NCBI GenBank assembly: GCA_976551045.1
Contig: CDPCPM010000141.1
Coordinates: 8,928,001 to 8,992,000 of the forward strand
Source of the DNA: Glaucostegus cemiculus
Taxonomy: Eukaryota
Length of the DNA: 64,000 nt
Direction: 5' to 3'
How positions within the stretch are numbered: position 1 is the first letter of the stretch; each line of letters starts with the position of its first letter. The translations under genes and the position numbers were made by a program. Shown one piece after another: positions 25,655 through 39,609 of the stretch. The notes under the pieces were generated by a model. That model had not been told where the DNA came from and made no database searches. It worked only from the letters and a program-made list of their open reading frames with translations.

Positions 25655-28600
25655 AACTTCAGAACTTTTTCCAGTTTATTTAAAAAAATACTTCAAAGAA
25701 ATTTTCTATGTATTCCATCTGCACGCTCAAATTTAAAATCTTACAAAGCAACATTTTAAAAGGTTAAAACATGCTTCATATAGTGAACTAAAGAAATTCA
25801 CTGAGCAAAAGGTTAATAACACGTAGAGATTTATTTATCTTAAAATGTACCATCTGCACACACTCCGCATCATTAAAAAGTTATTACACCCTCTGGTGAG
25901 ACAAGAATTTATAGGGTTTGCGATGGAACTAAGGCCAAGCAAAGCAAAGCTTACTTCCCAAGCAAATGCCGTTCTGAAATTTTATTTGCAAGTGAGGTTC
26001 TCATGGACAATTTCCTCAGTGGACCACTGGTTTTACAGATTCACACGTATCTGTGGAATAGTGCTTTGCATTGACCGTGGAATTGACTGTCTGTCCACAA
26101 TAGTCAGTGTCCATCAACCAGCTAACACGGACTGCACTTATCCCTTTAATTTTGATTTGTAAGGGCAAGTGGAAAGGAAATCTATTAGGAGTGGTGCACT
26201 CCTGAGGATGAAATTCTGCTGCTGCATCAAAAGAATGGCTTATCTATTCTGTTTATTCCAGGAAAAAAAATCACAGATGTTATTTCAGTCCTTTTCCACT
26301 TTCCAGTGGATTAGACCAAGAAGCCATTATCTCTTCATGACTGTAGATTGAGTTGGCTAGCGAGAGCACATTTTCCACAAATACCACTTGACACCAAAAG
26401 CCCAGAAAGCTTGTTGATGCCTCCTCCTGTCACCATCCCTCTACTCAGACCACTATCACAGGCCTATCTGCGATTGAGACTAGCTATACAATCAGAGGAT
26501 TTTTCATGTAATATTTCTTGATAATGAGATGTAGATACATTAATCGAGATGTTTCCACATAGGGGTAGGCTATTTAAAATTAGGGCTCATAAATAGAGTA
26601 TTCACTAATAATTCCAAATGAAATTCAGTACAAATGGTGAGAATGTGGACTGCACTGCTACATATCTATTGAAGGAACAGCACTGATGTGACTCACACAA
26701 AGAATCCCTTTGGTGGACTTGCCATCTCATATCTAATGCTATCTGGTGGCACTGACATTTTTGCAGTCTTGATCTATCATTGCAAATATTCAAAATTCGA
26801 GGGTCAACGGCAACCCTCTTCCTACCCTCCCGCTCCATTAACACTTCTGTACCTGGTCTGCAGTTGACATTCTCGCAGTGCAGAAAGATGGATATAAAGC
26901 AAAATATTTTGCTTGGGGAGTGGGAGCTTAAGATAGGTAACAGATTGAAGTCAATGACTGGCTTATGTAGCCAGCAATCAATTTGCTACAATCCATTTTA
27001 CATCACCCTCCCTCTGAAGCGGATGTTTAAAATGAGAGATGTACTCAATCTGATGGTCCAGAACGGGCAGACACTCAAAGCACGTCAATGGATCAACTCC
27101 AAGAATTAATGGGTCCATTGACCCCCAAGAATGGATGGACACACTTGCAGCTTGATTGTGCAATGATCTCAAGAAAGGACATGCACACTTGCAGTGTGGC
27201 ACCATATCACAGTATTCTGAAGATTTATAAGCCAATGATACCAATAATGCATGCAGATTGGCTGAAAAGTTTACAGTAATGTAAATATACTTAACAGAAA
27301 TACAAAAATACAATACCCTTTTGGGCATTAACTCTGCTACACTGATAGAAATGTTCAAAAATAAAGTAAATGTCTTCATAAATTACTGCTAGATACACTG
27401 AGGCATTTCAATAATGCTGACTATTGGTAAAGTAAGATAAACCTGAAGGAATTCTCCTGCTAGGTACAATATTACAATATCTTAAAGGAGCCATATTTCT
27501 TTTGAAAATCGCTTACGATTATAAATGGATAAAAAATTACAAATACACTAAAGTGAATAAAAAATACAAGTGCCTGGGAAGCAAGTTTTACTCTGAACAA
27601 CCAAATTTTAAGCTCTAAAAATCTCAGGACAAGACAACAAATACAGCTCCTCTCGTTAAAAGCGGAGAACGAGTTTGTGGAATTCCTACCCCATCCCCTC
27701 CCTCCCCCTACACCCAAGTGTCTGGAGGATAAAATTATTTTTCAGTATAAAGGTTGTCCATCGTGTTAGCAAGTGCTTGTTGCTCAAGAACCCTGTTTAC
27801 ACAGATTACATAATTTGATTGCACATTACATTATACAGGTTTTGAAAAAATCATATTTTATCATCTATTCAGATTTTGTTAATATCTCAATATTAACCAT
27901 TATTGTCATATTACTGGAACAGGAATAGATGTAGAATTGGCTGAAGAAAGCTCGGTGTTTGCTCATTAGGAAACTGATGTTAGAATGGAAATGAAATGAA
28001 GGATCCCGGAGAGATAGCAATGTATTGCTTCCAATTTAGATTGATGACTTGGAATTAAGGAACTGGACAAATGTGTAGGTGAAACATAATCACACAGGCA
28101 GAGGGGCAGCATTGGCATTCTACATGTCCATCATGTAGAGATGGGTCAAAAAGTGCAAGGTACCACAGTTGGGTAGTCCCCAGCCATGCAGGCTGGAAAA
28201 CATGCAAGGGTCTGCATACCCTAGTTTTGTATTTATGATCCCAGAGGGGAAATTATGCAATGGATTGTCAGGGAGGGTAAGCAGAGGCAGAACATGTGGA
28301 GTTATATGAAAGTGCGTCTGTATCACAGTGGTGCCACTGGGTTTCCAAAGTGCAGAGGACGAGTAGCCAGTTTCAAGCCATGCGCAAAACCTGGCCCATT
28401 AAAGACTGGCATTTCTTAAAGCCTGGGCAGATTGGTTTGAATTAGTTGAAAGAACTACACATCAGGAGTGTTAAAATGGTCATGCCCAATCTTTCCCATT
28501 TCTCTCAAAAGTTGCAGTGATTCTCTTACATACCCCCAAAACAATGCAACTCTTGTCAATGTTAAAATATTTTCATACCAGAGTCAGGTGAACAGAGAGG

Positions 28601-31600
28601 CAAACGGAGGTCACTCAATCTCTCATATCTGTTATATCAAGGCTGATCACCAGCTCAACTCCTATTATCATTAATCTATAACCCTTACTTAAAATTCTAT
28701 CCATCTCAGTCCAAAAATTTAACTTGACCCTCAGCATTCAAAGCTATGCTGTGTTCTGGGTGAGGGCTTTGGGTTTGCAAAGAGAATTGCAGACTCTCAT
28801 TACCCTTTGTGAGAAGAAATGTCTAAGATCACATCCCTTTGCTTTGAATTCACAACCAAGTGAAAGCTTCTTTGCAACAAAAAACAATCCGCTGAAGGAA
28901 CTCAGCAGGCCGAGCAGCAGAGGGGGAAAATAATTGTCGATGTTCTCTGTGGATTTGTCTAAAGTTTATGACATAGTGAATCTATTCATCATTTTAAACA
29001 GCTTGATTAGATCATCCGTCAATCATCTCAACTTGTTATATGGAAGTCTGTCATCAATTTAGACCGAATGTTACATAAACCGTCCATAGACAAGGCCTAA
29101 CTTAGTGGTACGCATGTCATTTTAAAACGCAGCGCTACTCCAAACTTGTCAATCATACTGAGACTATAGTCGGGATTCAACCAAACTCAAATCAAGCAAT
29201 ACCTTTCTGAAATCAAAGCACCTTCTGAGCCCATTGTACCTGTAATCTGTTCTGCATCAGATTGGCTTCCTGATCCCAGTCTAATTGCTCCTGGAGGCTA
29301 GAATGTACACAACAGCACATGGATCAACAGAAAAATCTAAGACAACCTTGTATTAGAATCTTAAAAGCATAGGTCGCCATCATTTTCCTACTCGCTCTTC
29401 CTATAAGCCATGAAAGGTACAAGTCTGGGAATATTTTTCCCCCTTCAAACGTTCCAATTTACTTTTGAATGCAAGTCTGGGCAGATTGGTTTGAATGGTT
29501 GAACTGGACCACCATCTGGCAATGCATTCCAGGTCACACTGCATTGTACTAAAAGATTAACTTTATGCAACTCCCTGTTGTTAGCTCTTTCCACCTACAA
29601 CTTTTCCCATGGATTTTCTTGCAATACTGAGTGGATATTAAGCCTGATCCTTTAAAAAAAAATCTATTGATTGCCCAAAATGATACATTGCTGCAGGGCA
29701 GAGACTGCTGTGTATGACTTGCACTTAGAGGCAAACAGTCCAGAAAATGAAATGCTGCAATTAACATTAGGAGCTTCTTCCTTACACATTTAGGATATGT
29801 GCTGATATGCCTAACATTACTCTGTTGACCTCTGGGTCAAAATGTACATTGCTGAGGACAGTTTCAACATAGCTCAATAGCTAAGTCAATTTAGCTATCA
29901 AATTACTGCAAAACAAAATGAAACTAGACAGAACAAGAATTTTTTTTTGATTTTAAGAAAGCTATCATTTCCAATATCTTACACTTCACGGGGATTGAAT
30001 TAGAGGTAGGCTAATTGTGATGTAAAAATAGCTATCAGACTGGCAATTTAAAACAGGACTGGGTTGAGATTGAATAAGCAACATTTGGCAAATATTAAAA
30101 TTTCAACACTAAATATCTTTGTAGGAGATGGGATATGGTTCCCTAAGCTTTCCACCAATGAGGGTTTTTCCTTGCATCCTCACGTCTGTTGCAGATTAAT
30201 AAAGACTTATTGCTGTAATTAGCCAGCAACAACTTGAGCATTACATCATGCAACTAGCAACAGAGGAAAAGGTGAACTGATAATGATCTCACAATTCCTG
30301 TGTTTGGAGGCCTGGGAAAGAGCAAGTTAGAGAAGGAAATAAGATAAGCATTCAATCCTTGGAGCCTTTCTGCTGTTCAATCTGATTACAAATGATTTAG
30401 ATCTTTGTTTATCTGCCTTGGTTCTATAAACCATTGCTAAACATGGAAATCTACCAACCAAAAATGTTCAAAAACCATCTCCAAGACTTTATAGCTTTCT
30501 TATGGCTTTGGATTTACTCTACTCTTTGAAGCACATTCTGCTACTACCCCTGAATGGCCTTGTGTCCAGAGTACATCAGTTCTGCAACAATGGGAAACAG
30601 GAATGTGAAAACAAGCAAAGGATGGATGTTTAAGCAAGTTCTGATTGTGGCATTGATAAAAGCTAAAATTATAAAAGGGAAAAATTAATAGAGATCTAAT
30701 GTATGACTGCTTTGCAGCTCTCGTCAAGGAATGACAGAGTGAGCCCTCCACAAAATATGGCTGTATACTCGGATGGATACGAGTTGCTTTAACATTAGGG
30801 TTTGCATTATGTCCAAGTCCTTCAGTGTCAGAAATCTCAATTAATATTTTTAATAGTTCCCATGAAGTCCAGGTTGATAGCTGTTATAAATGAGAAAGGA
30901 CCCCCATCCCAATCTGAGTTATCCAACCCAAAAGACTTAAGGTCTCCTCATCGCAGATTTAATTTTTTCTTTCATTTAATCTTTCAAAACAACTTTCCAG
31001 GTGAATCAATGGAATACATTCCTGAACAGTTTTGGGAAGAGACAAAGTTGCACAAATCTAATCAAAAAGTACCCAAAGTTATACTGCAATCCTAACCAGG
31101 ACAGCCAAGCAGCAGCTCAGTGAAACTGGCAATAAAAATCCATCTCTCTTTTTTTACCAAGCAAGCTTATTAAATAATCTTATTGATATTTTGCCATGTT
31201 TATTTCACAGAGAAGAAATTCAGAGGTGAATGTCTTTGGCTGGAGTCCTGTGAAAGGCTGCATCGTATACTTCAACTAAAAAGTCCAGACATAAAGGAAC
31301 TCAACACCAGCGGTTTAACAATAGGAAACTCAGGAAAAGCTGGCTTCACAGCCCAAGGCCATTACTAAGACTTAAGCTATAAGTGAACCTAGCATCTCTG
31401 TAATCATAACAAGCTACTCATCAACATCAACAATGATTCCCAGCAGGAATTTGAGAGAAGGTTAAATCGTAAAGACTTTTCAGAACCAGCCCTCTGAAAC
31501 AATCCCTTGCTATTCAATGCTGGAGAAAATACCAGCATGAACATGCTGTCCTCAAACGTTATTTAAAGGTCCTCCAGAAAATACGCTAAAACCATGGTGA

Positions 31601-32563
31601 TGCCTTCAGGCTTGCAGACGTCAATTTCAATGGAAAGGTTGAGGCAGAGAGTAGACATATTTGATGCATATGTGCAGGAGAATGGTATTTGGAGGGAGAA
31701 TCAGGAGTAATTAAGGATGAGTTAGTCTTGCATGGAATTTAAACACTGACATAGGCCAGTTGAGATGACTGCCCATTTTTGTGGCACTGTTTCTACCCAT
31801 TGGGGAATGGATTTTGTTCATTTTCTGGACATGGGAGGTCCTGGCAAGCCTGGAATTTATTGTCCTTACTCAAACATCAAATTCTAATTGTATAAACTCA
31901 CTGGCCAGCTCGGTCAGTTGAAGGAGCAGGTAAGGGTCAACCATACTGGTACAAAACTGAAATCGCAGAAACCCAGACTGGGCGAAGATACTGCTTTCCT
32001 TGCCTCAAGGAAATTAGTGAACACTGAAGGAACTGGACCTTACGTGAGCATTGTTCAGATATTCCAAAGATCTATTATGTTCCTGCACATCCTTACATTG
32101 TGTTTCATCCATAGGCAAATTCTCTGGTTACAATCACGCAAGTAAGATGCAAAACAGCAATAGAATAGCAAGTCTTCATTGAAAACAGTCTATTGTGAAG
32201 ATAAAGATTAGAATACTTTAATTATGTTTGGTTTATAGTGCTGATTGCACTCCTGCTACATTATGTACTCTGAAATGAAGTGCACGTTCAACAAGGCCAT
32301 TACCTTTTTGTGACATTAACCAGAATCAGATTAAAGGGGCCAAAATCCTAGCCATGAGTGGTCTGAACATCTGTGTAAACAGGGCTGGCATTCACTCGCT
32401 GAGTGCATTTTAACGTCACCGCAATTCAAGGAACACACTTTAAGAACGGCACGATTTCTTCACTAAAATTTGAATCCCAGCCAACTTATAAAACTAAAAC
32501 TTCACATCCCTGTTTAAAAAGAAAGAAAAAATATTTATTTAAAAAGTCGAGTATATACACACG
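25655..32563 (-). other. RSBN1: Probable long RSBN1 3'UTR, with distal AATAAA at 25675-25680
   Basis: Minus-strand AATAAA followed by a U/GU-rich tract; AU/UGUA-rich blocks at 25.7-25.9 kb and 27.3-27.6 kb. Other AATAAA sites exist, so the end is uncertain. Confidence 0.5.
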
Positions 32564-32926
32564 TTATTGTGGAAAACTTTGCTGATCTTGGGGGTGATAA
32601 CTGTGATCTTCCTGTATTACAGGCAACTTGGCCTGGACTTCAGGCTCAACTGCCATATCATCTGAACAGCTCGCATCAGTTTCTGTCTTAATTTCTTTAG
32701 TGGCGATGTCAGAGTCTGTGTTTGGTTCTGTTTCTGTCTCCTCCTGGTGGTATCTCTTCAGGCGTATGTGCCATGCTAAGCTACAAACAGCAGACACAGT
32801 TTTGAACTGGTGTATGACATTTCGAGGAATAAAGTATACATCGTTGTCCGAGAGCTGAATTCTGGAGTACCGGATACCCTCTCTCCGTAATTGGTTGAGC
32901 TTTGCTTCATCCACCCATTGCACGCA
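32564..32926 (-). CDS. RSBN1: RSBN1 terminal coding exon ([20 protein letters not shown]...[19 protein letters not shown]...SFPQ-stop)
   Basis: ttttcttttcacag| acceptor, 363 nt to TAA, lies within ORF 32564..33058. Confidence 0.96.
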   Translation of the reverse strand, partial: CVQWVDEAKLNQLRREGIRYSRIQLSDNDVYFIPRNVIHQFKTVSAVCSLAWHIRLKRYHQEETETEPNTDSDIATKEIKTETDASCSDDMAVEPEVQAKLPVIQEDHSYHPQDQQSFPQ

Positions 32927-33074
32927 CTGTGAAAAGAAAACAGAAATCGGTCTGGTATATTGCCCTTGCAGTAAATGACACTGGCCCAGAAATTGTTGGA
33001 GCAAGGGCAGTTCGCAACCTTCCCCATTAGTTAGACATTGTCCCTCAACCAACCACATTATAACTAGGGAGCCT

Positions 33075-34130
33075 TACATCAATGGCAGAATATTTTTGAA
33101 GATTCTTTGAGACGGGATTTACTCACATTTAGAAAAGCATGCACTTATGAAGGATAATCAGCAATGGCTTTGTGTGGGAGGAGGTTCTGTTTCACAAGTT
33201 GAGCTTCTTTTTCTGAGGTGTCAAAGATGGTTGATGATGATGGAGCAGTAGATGTTGCATACATGGACTTTAGTAAAGCATTTGATAAAATCCCTCACAG
33301 TAGGCTAATCCAGCCAATTAATTCACATGGGATCTGGTGAGCTGGTAAATTGGATACAAAACTGGCTTGGTAATAGACAACACCGGGTAAAGGTGGAGCA
33401 GTGTTTCCCTTACTGGAGGTCTGTGACCAGTGGTATTCTACAAGGATCAGTGCTGGGACCAGTTGCTTGTGATTTATGCTTAAAAATGCAGGTTGTCTGA
33501 TTGGTAAGTGTGCAGATGACGCAAAAATTGGTGGAGTTGTAGATGGTGAGGAAGGTTATCAAAGGAATCAGCAGGATACAGATCAGTTGGAAATATAGAG
33601 AAATGGCAAATGGAGTTTAATCTGGACAAGTGTGTAACTGCACTGTGTAATGAATTGACCTGTACGATCAGTATGTAAAATAAGTTTTTCACTGTACCTC
33701 AGTACAAGTGACAAGAATAAACCAATACCGAGTAGAAAATTTGGCAAGTCATGTTGCAACCGTATAAAACTTTGGTTACAACACATTTGAAGCATTGTGT
33801 GCAGTTCTGTTCACCACATTACAGGAAAGGCGCCAAGGGGTAGGTAGTATTTTTCCCCGGGGCAGAAATGTCAAATGTTGGCGGATGTAGTTTTACGGTG
33901 AGGGGGGCAAGTTTAAAGATGTGCGAGGCAAGTGTTTCTATGTATATACAGACCCGTGGATGCCTGGAATGCATTGCCAGAGGAGATTGTAGATGGGACA
34001 GCAATGTTGAAGAGGCACTTAGACATGAACAGGCAGGGAATAGAGGAATGCAGATCACATGCAGGCAGATGGAATATGTAAGATTGGGAAGGGCCTGTTC
34101 CTGTGCTGTACTGTTCTATGTTCTATCGTT
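33075..34130 (+). mobile_element. CR1 LINE relic with RT motifs
   Basis: AVDVAYMDFSKAFDKIPHSRL, VTSGILQGSVLGP, KCADDAKIGG; frameshifted; 3' tail ctgttctatgttcta. Confidence 0.92.
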
Positions 34131-35611
34131 CAATTGGACCTAAAAGAACCATAAAGCCAACAGTCTAACAGTGAGATTTAATGCTTCAGGAAATAACAGG
34201 AAGGATGGAGAAGGGAACAGGGTGAATTAGAGTCAAAACAGATAGAGAAAGAAATACAGATAAAGAATGACTGGATTGAGAGAAGGGAGGAAAACTGCAT
34301 GTAAAATTTTAATATACTACTTGCAGGAGTGGGTCTCCAGAATTTCTGCTGTTCTCTTTCTGGTTCAGAAAGGTTGTGGGATTGCAAGGATGTGAATGTC
34401 TCCCCTACCCACTTACCTTCCTCCTCTCACCTGGACCAACCTATCATCTGCCAGTTTGTGCTCCACCCCCTACCTTTTTATTCTGGCTTCTGCCCTCTTC
34501 TTTTCCAGCATTCTGTGTGGGTTGCTTTTAAGTATTTTGTCATCAAATATTTGTCCTAACTTTTTTTCGGGCAATTTTAAATGGTATGTAAAACACAATT
34601 ATAGCAGCTCCATGAAGGTGTGGAGGAAAAAAATCTTCAAACTAATATCCAGGGACAAGGTAATTAATAATTCACCACCTTTCTCTTCTTCACCTCTAAT
34701 GCACATCAATAACAATAATTCTGGCCCATTACATCAGGATAGGTGTTAAATGTGTTATTGTCAGTAGATGTTGCAACCTCTGAATGGTGGGCTAAACATA
34801 GATCTATAACATTATGTTGTCACAATAATAATAACCATTAACCATGACACCTACAAAAAAAAAAGGCCAGCAGTTTTAGGTAGACGAGCATCTAGAGGAG
34901 AGAAGCAGGAACCCTGATGGAGGAAATGACATTAAAAGGTACATGAGCTAAATATTTAATTAGCAAATAATCTCTGGATTCTATTAACAATGATACATTT
35001 GCAGTGCAGAACAAGTTAATGAAAATACAACCAAGGACAATCTTGAACCCAGCATCCTGCCTTAGAGGAAAGTCATGGCAGCTCCAGTAATTACTGACCA
35101 ACAATCAAATGAAAATAAGCTCTGATAGGTGCCAGAATAAATCTATCACTCCTCACTCTCTGCATCAACTGTTGCCAATGATACAAATTATTAAATGCAG
35201 TCATTTAACAAATTCTACCTCATATTTCATTTCCAAAATCTCAAAATGAAGCATTTTCTTCAAAATCGCACCAGAAGTCAAATATTTTTGGGACAGTACT
35301 TCATGGACTTTAAACTACATCTCTAGAGCCTGTTCATAACTTGTAAGGCTTAGGGAATAAGGTTTGCCTGCTAAGGTGACAAAATAATGCAAAAATGGTT
35401 CCAATTCACAACCATGCTACTTAAAACTCATACAAACATCTTAAAGTAAATCCAACTTCACATAAAAATGATGGTTAGCAGACTCTTCCCCATCCCATTC
35501 TACTCCTCAACATGACACAATGAGTCAAAACACCCAACAGACAACTTTGTACATGTGCACCTCTACACTTAAACTCATGCTGAACTCTGGAGGAAGATTT
35601 GGACACAATAC

Positions 35612-35720
35612 CTGTGATACAGGTGGCTCATGCAGATCCAGCTGTAATCGTTGTACAACATCTGTGAAGTCCTCTGCATGAAAACATACCACATCTTTGG
35701 TTATCCGAATCTGGTCACTC
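35612..35720 (-). CDS. RSBN1: RSBN1 exon ([36 protein letters not shown])
   Basis: 109 nt, canonical splice sites, restores phase 0. Confidence 0.96.
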
Positions 35721-36439
35721 CTACCAAGAAGGGAACACAAGTTTTATTAAGTGGGATTTCAAAAGAAAGTCAGATTAGAATGCCTGAAGCGCTTTTAAGT
35801 TTGAAATACAAAGAGGAATGAGTTTGCAACATTTTAATCAGACTCCATTAATATTGGAAGTTATTTGTAGGAGAAATGATGTTCGGAAGAAGGCACTGGG
35901 AAGAACAAGTAATGAAAAGTCTATCAATTGAGAATTCAAGTACAGAGAGGGAAGTTGAGCACCTGATAAGTAAAAATTTCAAAAGGTGAACAGATAAACA
36001 GCAGCTGTTAAATGGAGTACCAGTGGTGCTTGATGAATACAAAATGATAAAGGACTCAAAGAACATGCACAAACTCACTTCTGATACTGAGTGAACTTTA
36101 ATTTAATGTTATGATTACATGGGATACAAAGCTTTAACTAAGACTAGAGTTGCACCAAAAGCACATTGCTACCCATTAAACTGCCCTTGAATCCAGAAAG
36201 ATGTTAGCTGTGGCTCAGTACTAACAGTCCGTCCTCAGTGAGAAGACTGAGTTCAGGTCTCACGCCAGACTGATAGTAACAGCACCAAACCACAGGAGTG
36301 TCACAGTATCAGTGCTGCCAGCTAGAAAAAAGTTCTTTTCCTGGGCAATGCAGAAGTGGGTTTGGAAGGTGAAAGGAGGAGTGGTGATTGAATGGACTCA
36401 GAGATGTTATGACACAGGTGGCAGCCATTGAGGTGAGTG

Positions 36440-37900
36440 TCCATTTCATCTCCAGCTATAACAATCCCATCCTGCACTTTTTCCCCTCTGATCTGCAAAT
36501 CTCACATTCCTATCCATTCCTTTCTGGAAACCCTAAAGGCAGGCAGTTCCAGATTACTGCCTTTTTCTGCATAAAAAGGTTCAACCTTGTCCCCTTGTAT
36601 CTTTTGCACAGGAATTTACATCTGTGGCTCTTGGTCCATGAATCATCCAATTATACTGACAAACAACTTCCCTTTATTTACCCCATCTAAACCAGTCACA
36701 ATCTTGCACACCTCTATCAATTCTCCTCTCAACCTGCTTTGCTCCAAAAAGAAAAATACTAGTTAGTTTAAACTTCTGGTACAAGTCTAAGCTTATAACT
36801 AAAATCCCTAGACTTGGTTTATGGCTGAAATCCCTCATAGCTGAAATAATTCTGGCAAATCATTTTTACATTGTCCATAGAAGCTCTATGGCCTTCCTAA
36901 ACATGGGTGACTAGAAATACACACAATATTCTAGTTGTGGCATAATCAGTGTTTTGTACAGGTTCAACATAACTTCCATATTTCTGAATTATGTGCCTCT
37001 ATTTATGAAGCCCACTATCTCGTCATCTTTACTAACTGCATTCCCAACATGTGCTGCCACTTAAAGATTTATGTGCATACCTGCCCAGAACTCTGTCCCA
37101 GCACTATCTTTAAAACTGTCCTATTTTGTTTCTCTTCATTGTTTTTAAAATTGAAGGGTATTTCACATTTCTCTGTATTAAATTTCACCTGCCATTTGTC
37201 TGCCCATTCCAAGTCTTGCTGCAGTAAGAGAAAATGCTACAAACACCTGGGTCAGGCAACATCTGTGGAAAGAGAATCAGTCAACATTTCAACGTTTCTC
37301 TTTCTACAGATGCTGCCTGATATGTTTGAGTTTTTCCAGCATTTTCTATTTTTATTTCAGATCTAAAGCATCTACACTTGTTGCTTTTCATTTAGGTCAT
37401 CTTGTCAGCTCCTACTTTTCAAACTTCCAAGATTATGTCATAGAGCCAGTCATACAGCAAAAAAAAAGAGGTCCTTCTTTCTACCGCGTCCATATCAACC
37501 ATTGAGTATCTATCTATACTAATCCCATTTACCAGCACTTGGTCAATAGCCATCTATGTTTTGGCAATTCAAATGTTTGTCTAGTTACAACTTAGATGTT
37601 GTGAGAGAACCTGCTTTTACCATCCACCCAGGTAGTACACCTCTGGGTGGAAGAAGTTCTTCCTCAAATCCCCTCTAAACCCCTTGGCTTTAATCTATGC
37701 CCTCTAGTTTTAGATACTTCTCGTACAGGGAAGAATTTCCTACCAGCTAGCTTATCTACGCCCTGAATTTTATATACTTTCATCTGGTCCCTCCCTTAGC
37801 CTTTTCTGCCTCAAGGAAAATCACCCTCTGTATAACTGAAATGCTCCATGCCAGGCAACATCCTGGTGAAATCTCTCTGCACGTTCCCCCTATAGTGTAG
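36440..37900 (-). mobile_element. Two CR1 fragments (about 36440-37210 and 37440-37900) separated by a short hairpin element (37225-37370)
   Basis: Antisense CR1 3' sequences; inverted ggcaacatctgtggaaagaga / tctctttctacagatgctgcc. Confidence 0.7.
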
Positions 37901-38185
37901 TTGTCATCTGCAGATTGGGAAATTTGACCTTAGATACTGGGGTTGTCAGGGGCCAATGTTGGGATCTTTAGTTGCAGAGATTCAATGTTAGTACCTTGAT
38001 GTTCAGGGAATTATTCCACTGAAAAGGATGGTTCTCTTTGCAATGAACTTATCAATAAAGAGAAATCGCATGAAGTGGCATCACTGAGGGCATGATGGAT
38101 AAATTTGAAGTAGGCAAGTTGATCAACAGACTGCATAAATCTGCAATGAAAGGTCACACACAAGTGCAAATTACAATGTTCTTAC

Positions 38186-38353
38186 CACTCTCCATACTGG
38201 ACTGCCTTCAGCACACCTACAGCTGCCGTGCTCTTCCAATCAAAGCCTTGCCCCACATGATCTGCATGGGCTCGCGTCCTGTCTTCAAAGAGGATTTCGC
38301 GAGGTTCACTGGCCCGAGGTAGATACTGGAGATTCTTGATTTCATTCATTGAT
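38186..38353 (-). CDS. RSBN1: RSBN1 exon (SMNEIKNLQYLPRASEPREILFEDRTRAHADHVGQGFDWKSTAAVGVLKAVQYGEW)
   Basis: 168 nt after a 90-nt intron. HAD motif present. GFDW.STAA is RSBN1-type rather than RSBN1L-type. Confidence 0.96.
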
Positions 38354-38443
38354 CTGTGAAAGAATGACAATAGTTAAACCAAAGCTTGCCATGGGTCTTG
38401 AAAAAGACTGCCAAAAGGTGTTACATCACAAGGATTTTCCTAC

Positions 38444-38586
38444 CGTCGTCTCTTGAAGGGCGACTTTGGCATATCAGCAGTTGGAATCATCTGCTCGCCG
38501 GGTCTCACCCACATTATGGGGCCATCGTCACTCTGTGACCTGCAGTGCAGCTGAAGGTTGGACAGTGTCCCCCATGGCAGAGTCAT
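38444..38586 (-). CDS. RSBN1: RSBN1 exon (MTLPWGTLSNLQLHCRSQSDDGPIMWVRPGEQMIPTADMPKSPFKRRR)
   Basis: 143 nt, ccag| acceptor, |GTAGGA donor, conserved. Confidence 0.95.
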
Positions 38587-39609
38587 CTGGTTTCAGAGAC
38601 ACACCCATACAAAATTACTGAGAGCATTTCAGGATCCCACATGTATAGATAGTCAGATCTTAGAATCAGAGCACAGAAGCAGCCTATCACGTTTGGGCCA
38701 GCTTAAACTAATCTTATTAGTTTCACTACCCCCACTTTAAACTTTCCTTTTAGTCCTGCAAAATCTTTTTACATTTTGTAATGGTGCATCAACAGCTACA
38801 TGAATCTGTTGAGCTGAATGCACTAGTTATGTTGTAAATGCTTTGTACTTTATAATATTTGTCTAGTTCCATTTTGTATGTTACTACCAAATTTGATCCA
38901 TCATCCTATTAGGCATTGCATTCCAATACATAACAATTTGCACTCTTTTTAAAAAAAACCCACTTCTCTTCATCTCCTGGCTGGCTCTCAGCAAATGTTT
39001 TGTTCAAATTCGTATTTTATATCCTCAGGTTACAAGTGTTGGTGCCAATTCAACATGCATTTGATCACTACTAGAAGATTGTTGCAAACTGCCTTCTTGT
39101 ACCACAGCAATCCATGTAGAAAAATGTGCTCCTACAATAGTTGGATGAAAACTTAAAATTTTGACTCAAATGAACAAATAGAGATGTTTATTCCCCAAGC
39201 TGGGATACAGGCCATCCCAGGGTTATTTATATCTTTTAACTCCTGACAGTGACAAAAAACTCCTACTAGAGAGAATGACATCCCAGAAGAGTTTACATTG
39301 GAACAGTATTCCTGTAGTGGATTATATTTTGACATAAGGACAGTGGCAAAGAAACTGGTGAAAGAAATATGAAAAAAATTTCTAAACAGAAATTGCACTG
39401 ACATTAAAATCTCATTCACTCAACTTCTAAAGCAGCACCAATGTGCATTCACCTCATTTCTACTGTGGAGATAATTGGCTGCATCCCCATGGGAAGCTAA
39501 ATATAGTTAAGATACTTACATTTTCCCCCCAAGTGTTGAGAAATGTGAATAGACTAGCTATCTTCCCCCCAACCCTTCAGCCAGAACACAATGACATTGA
39601 ATGCCTGTC

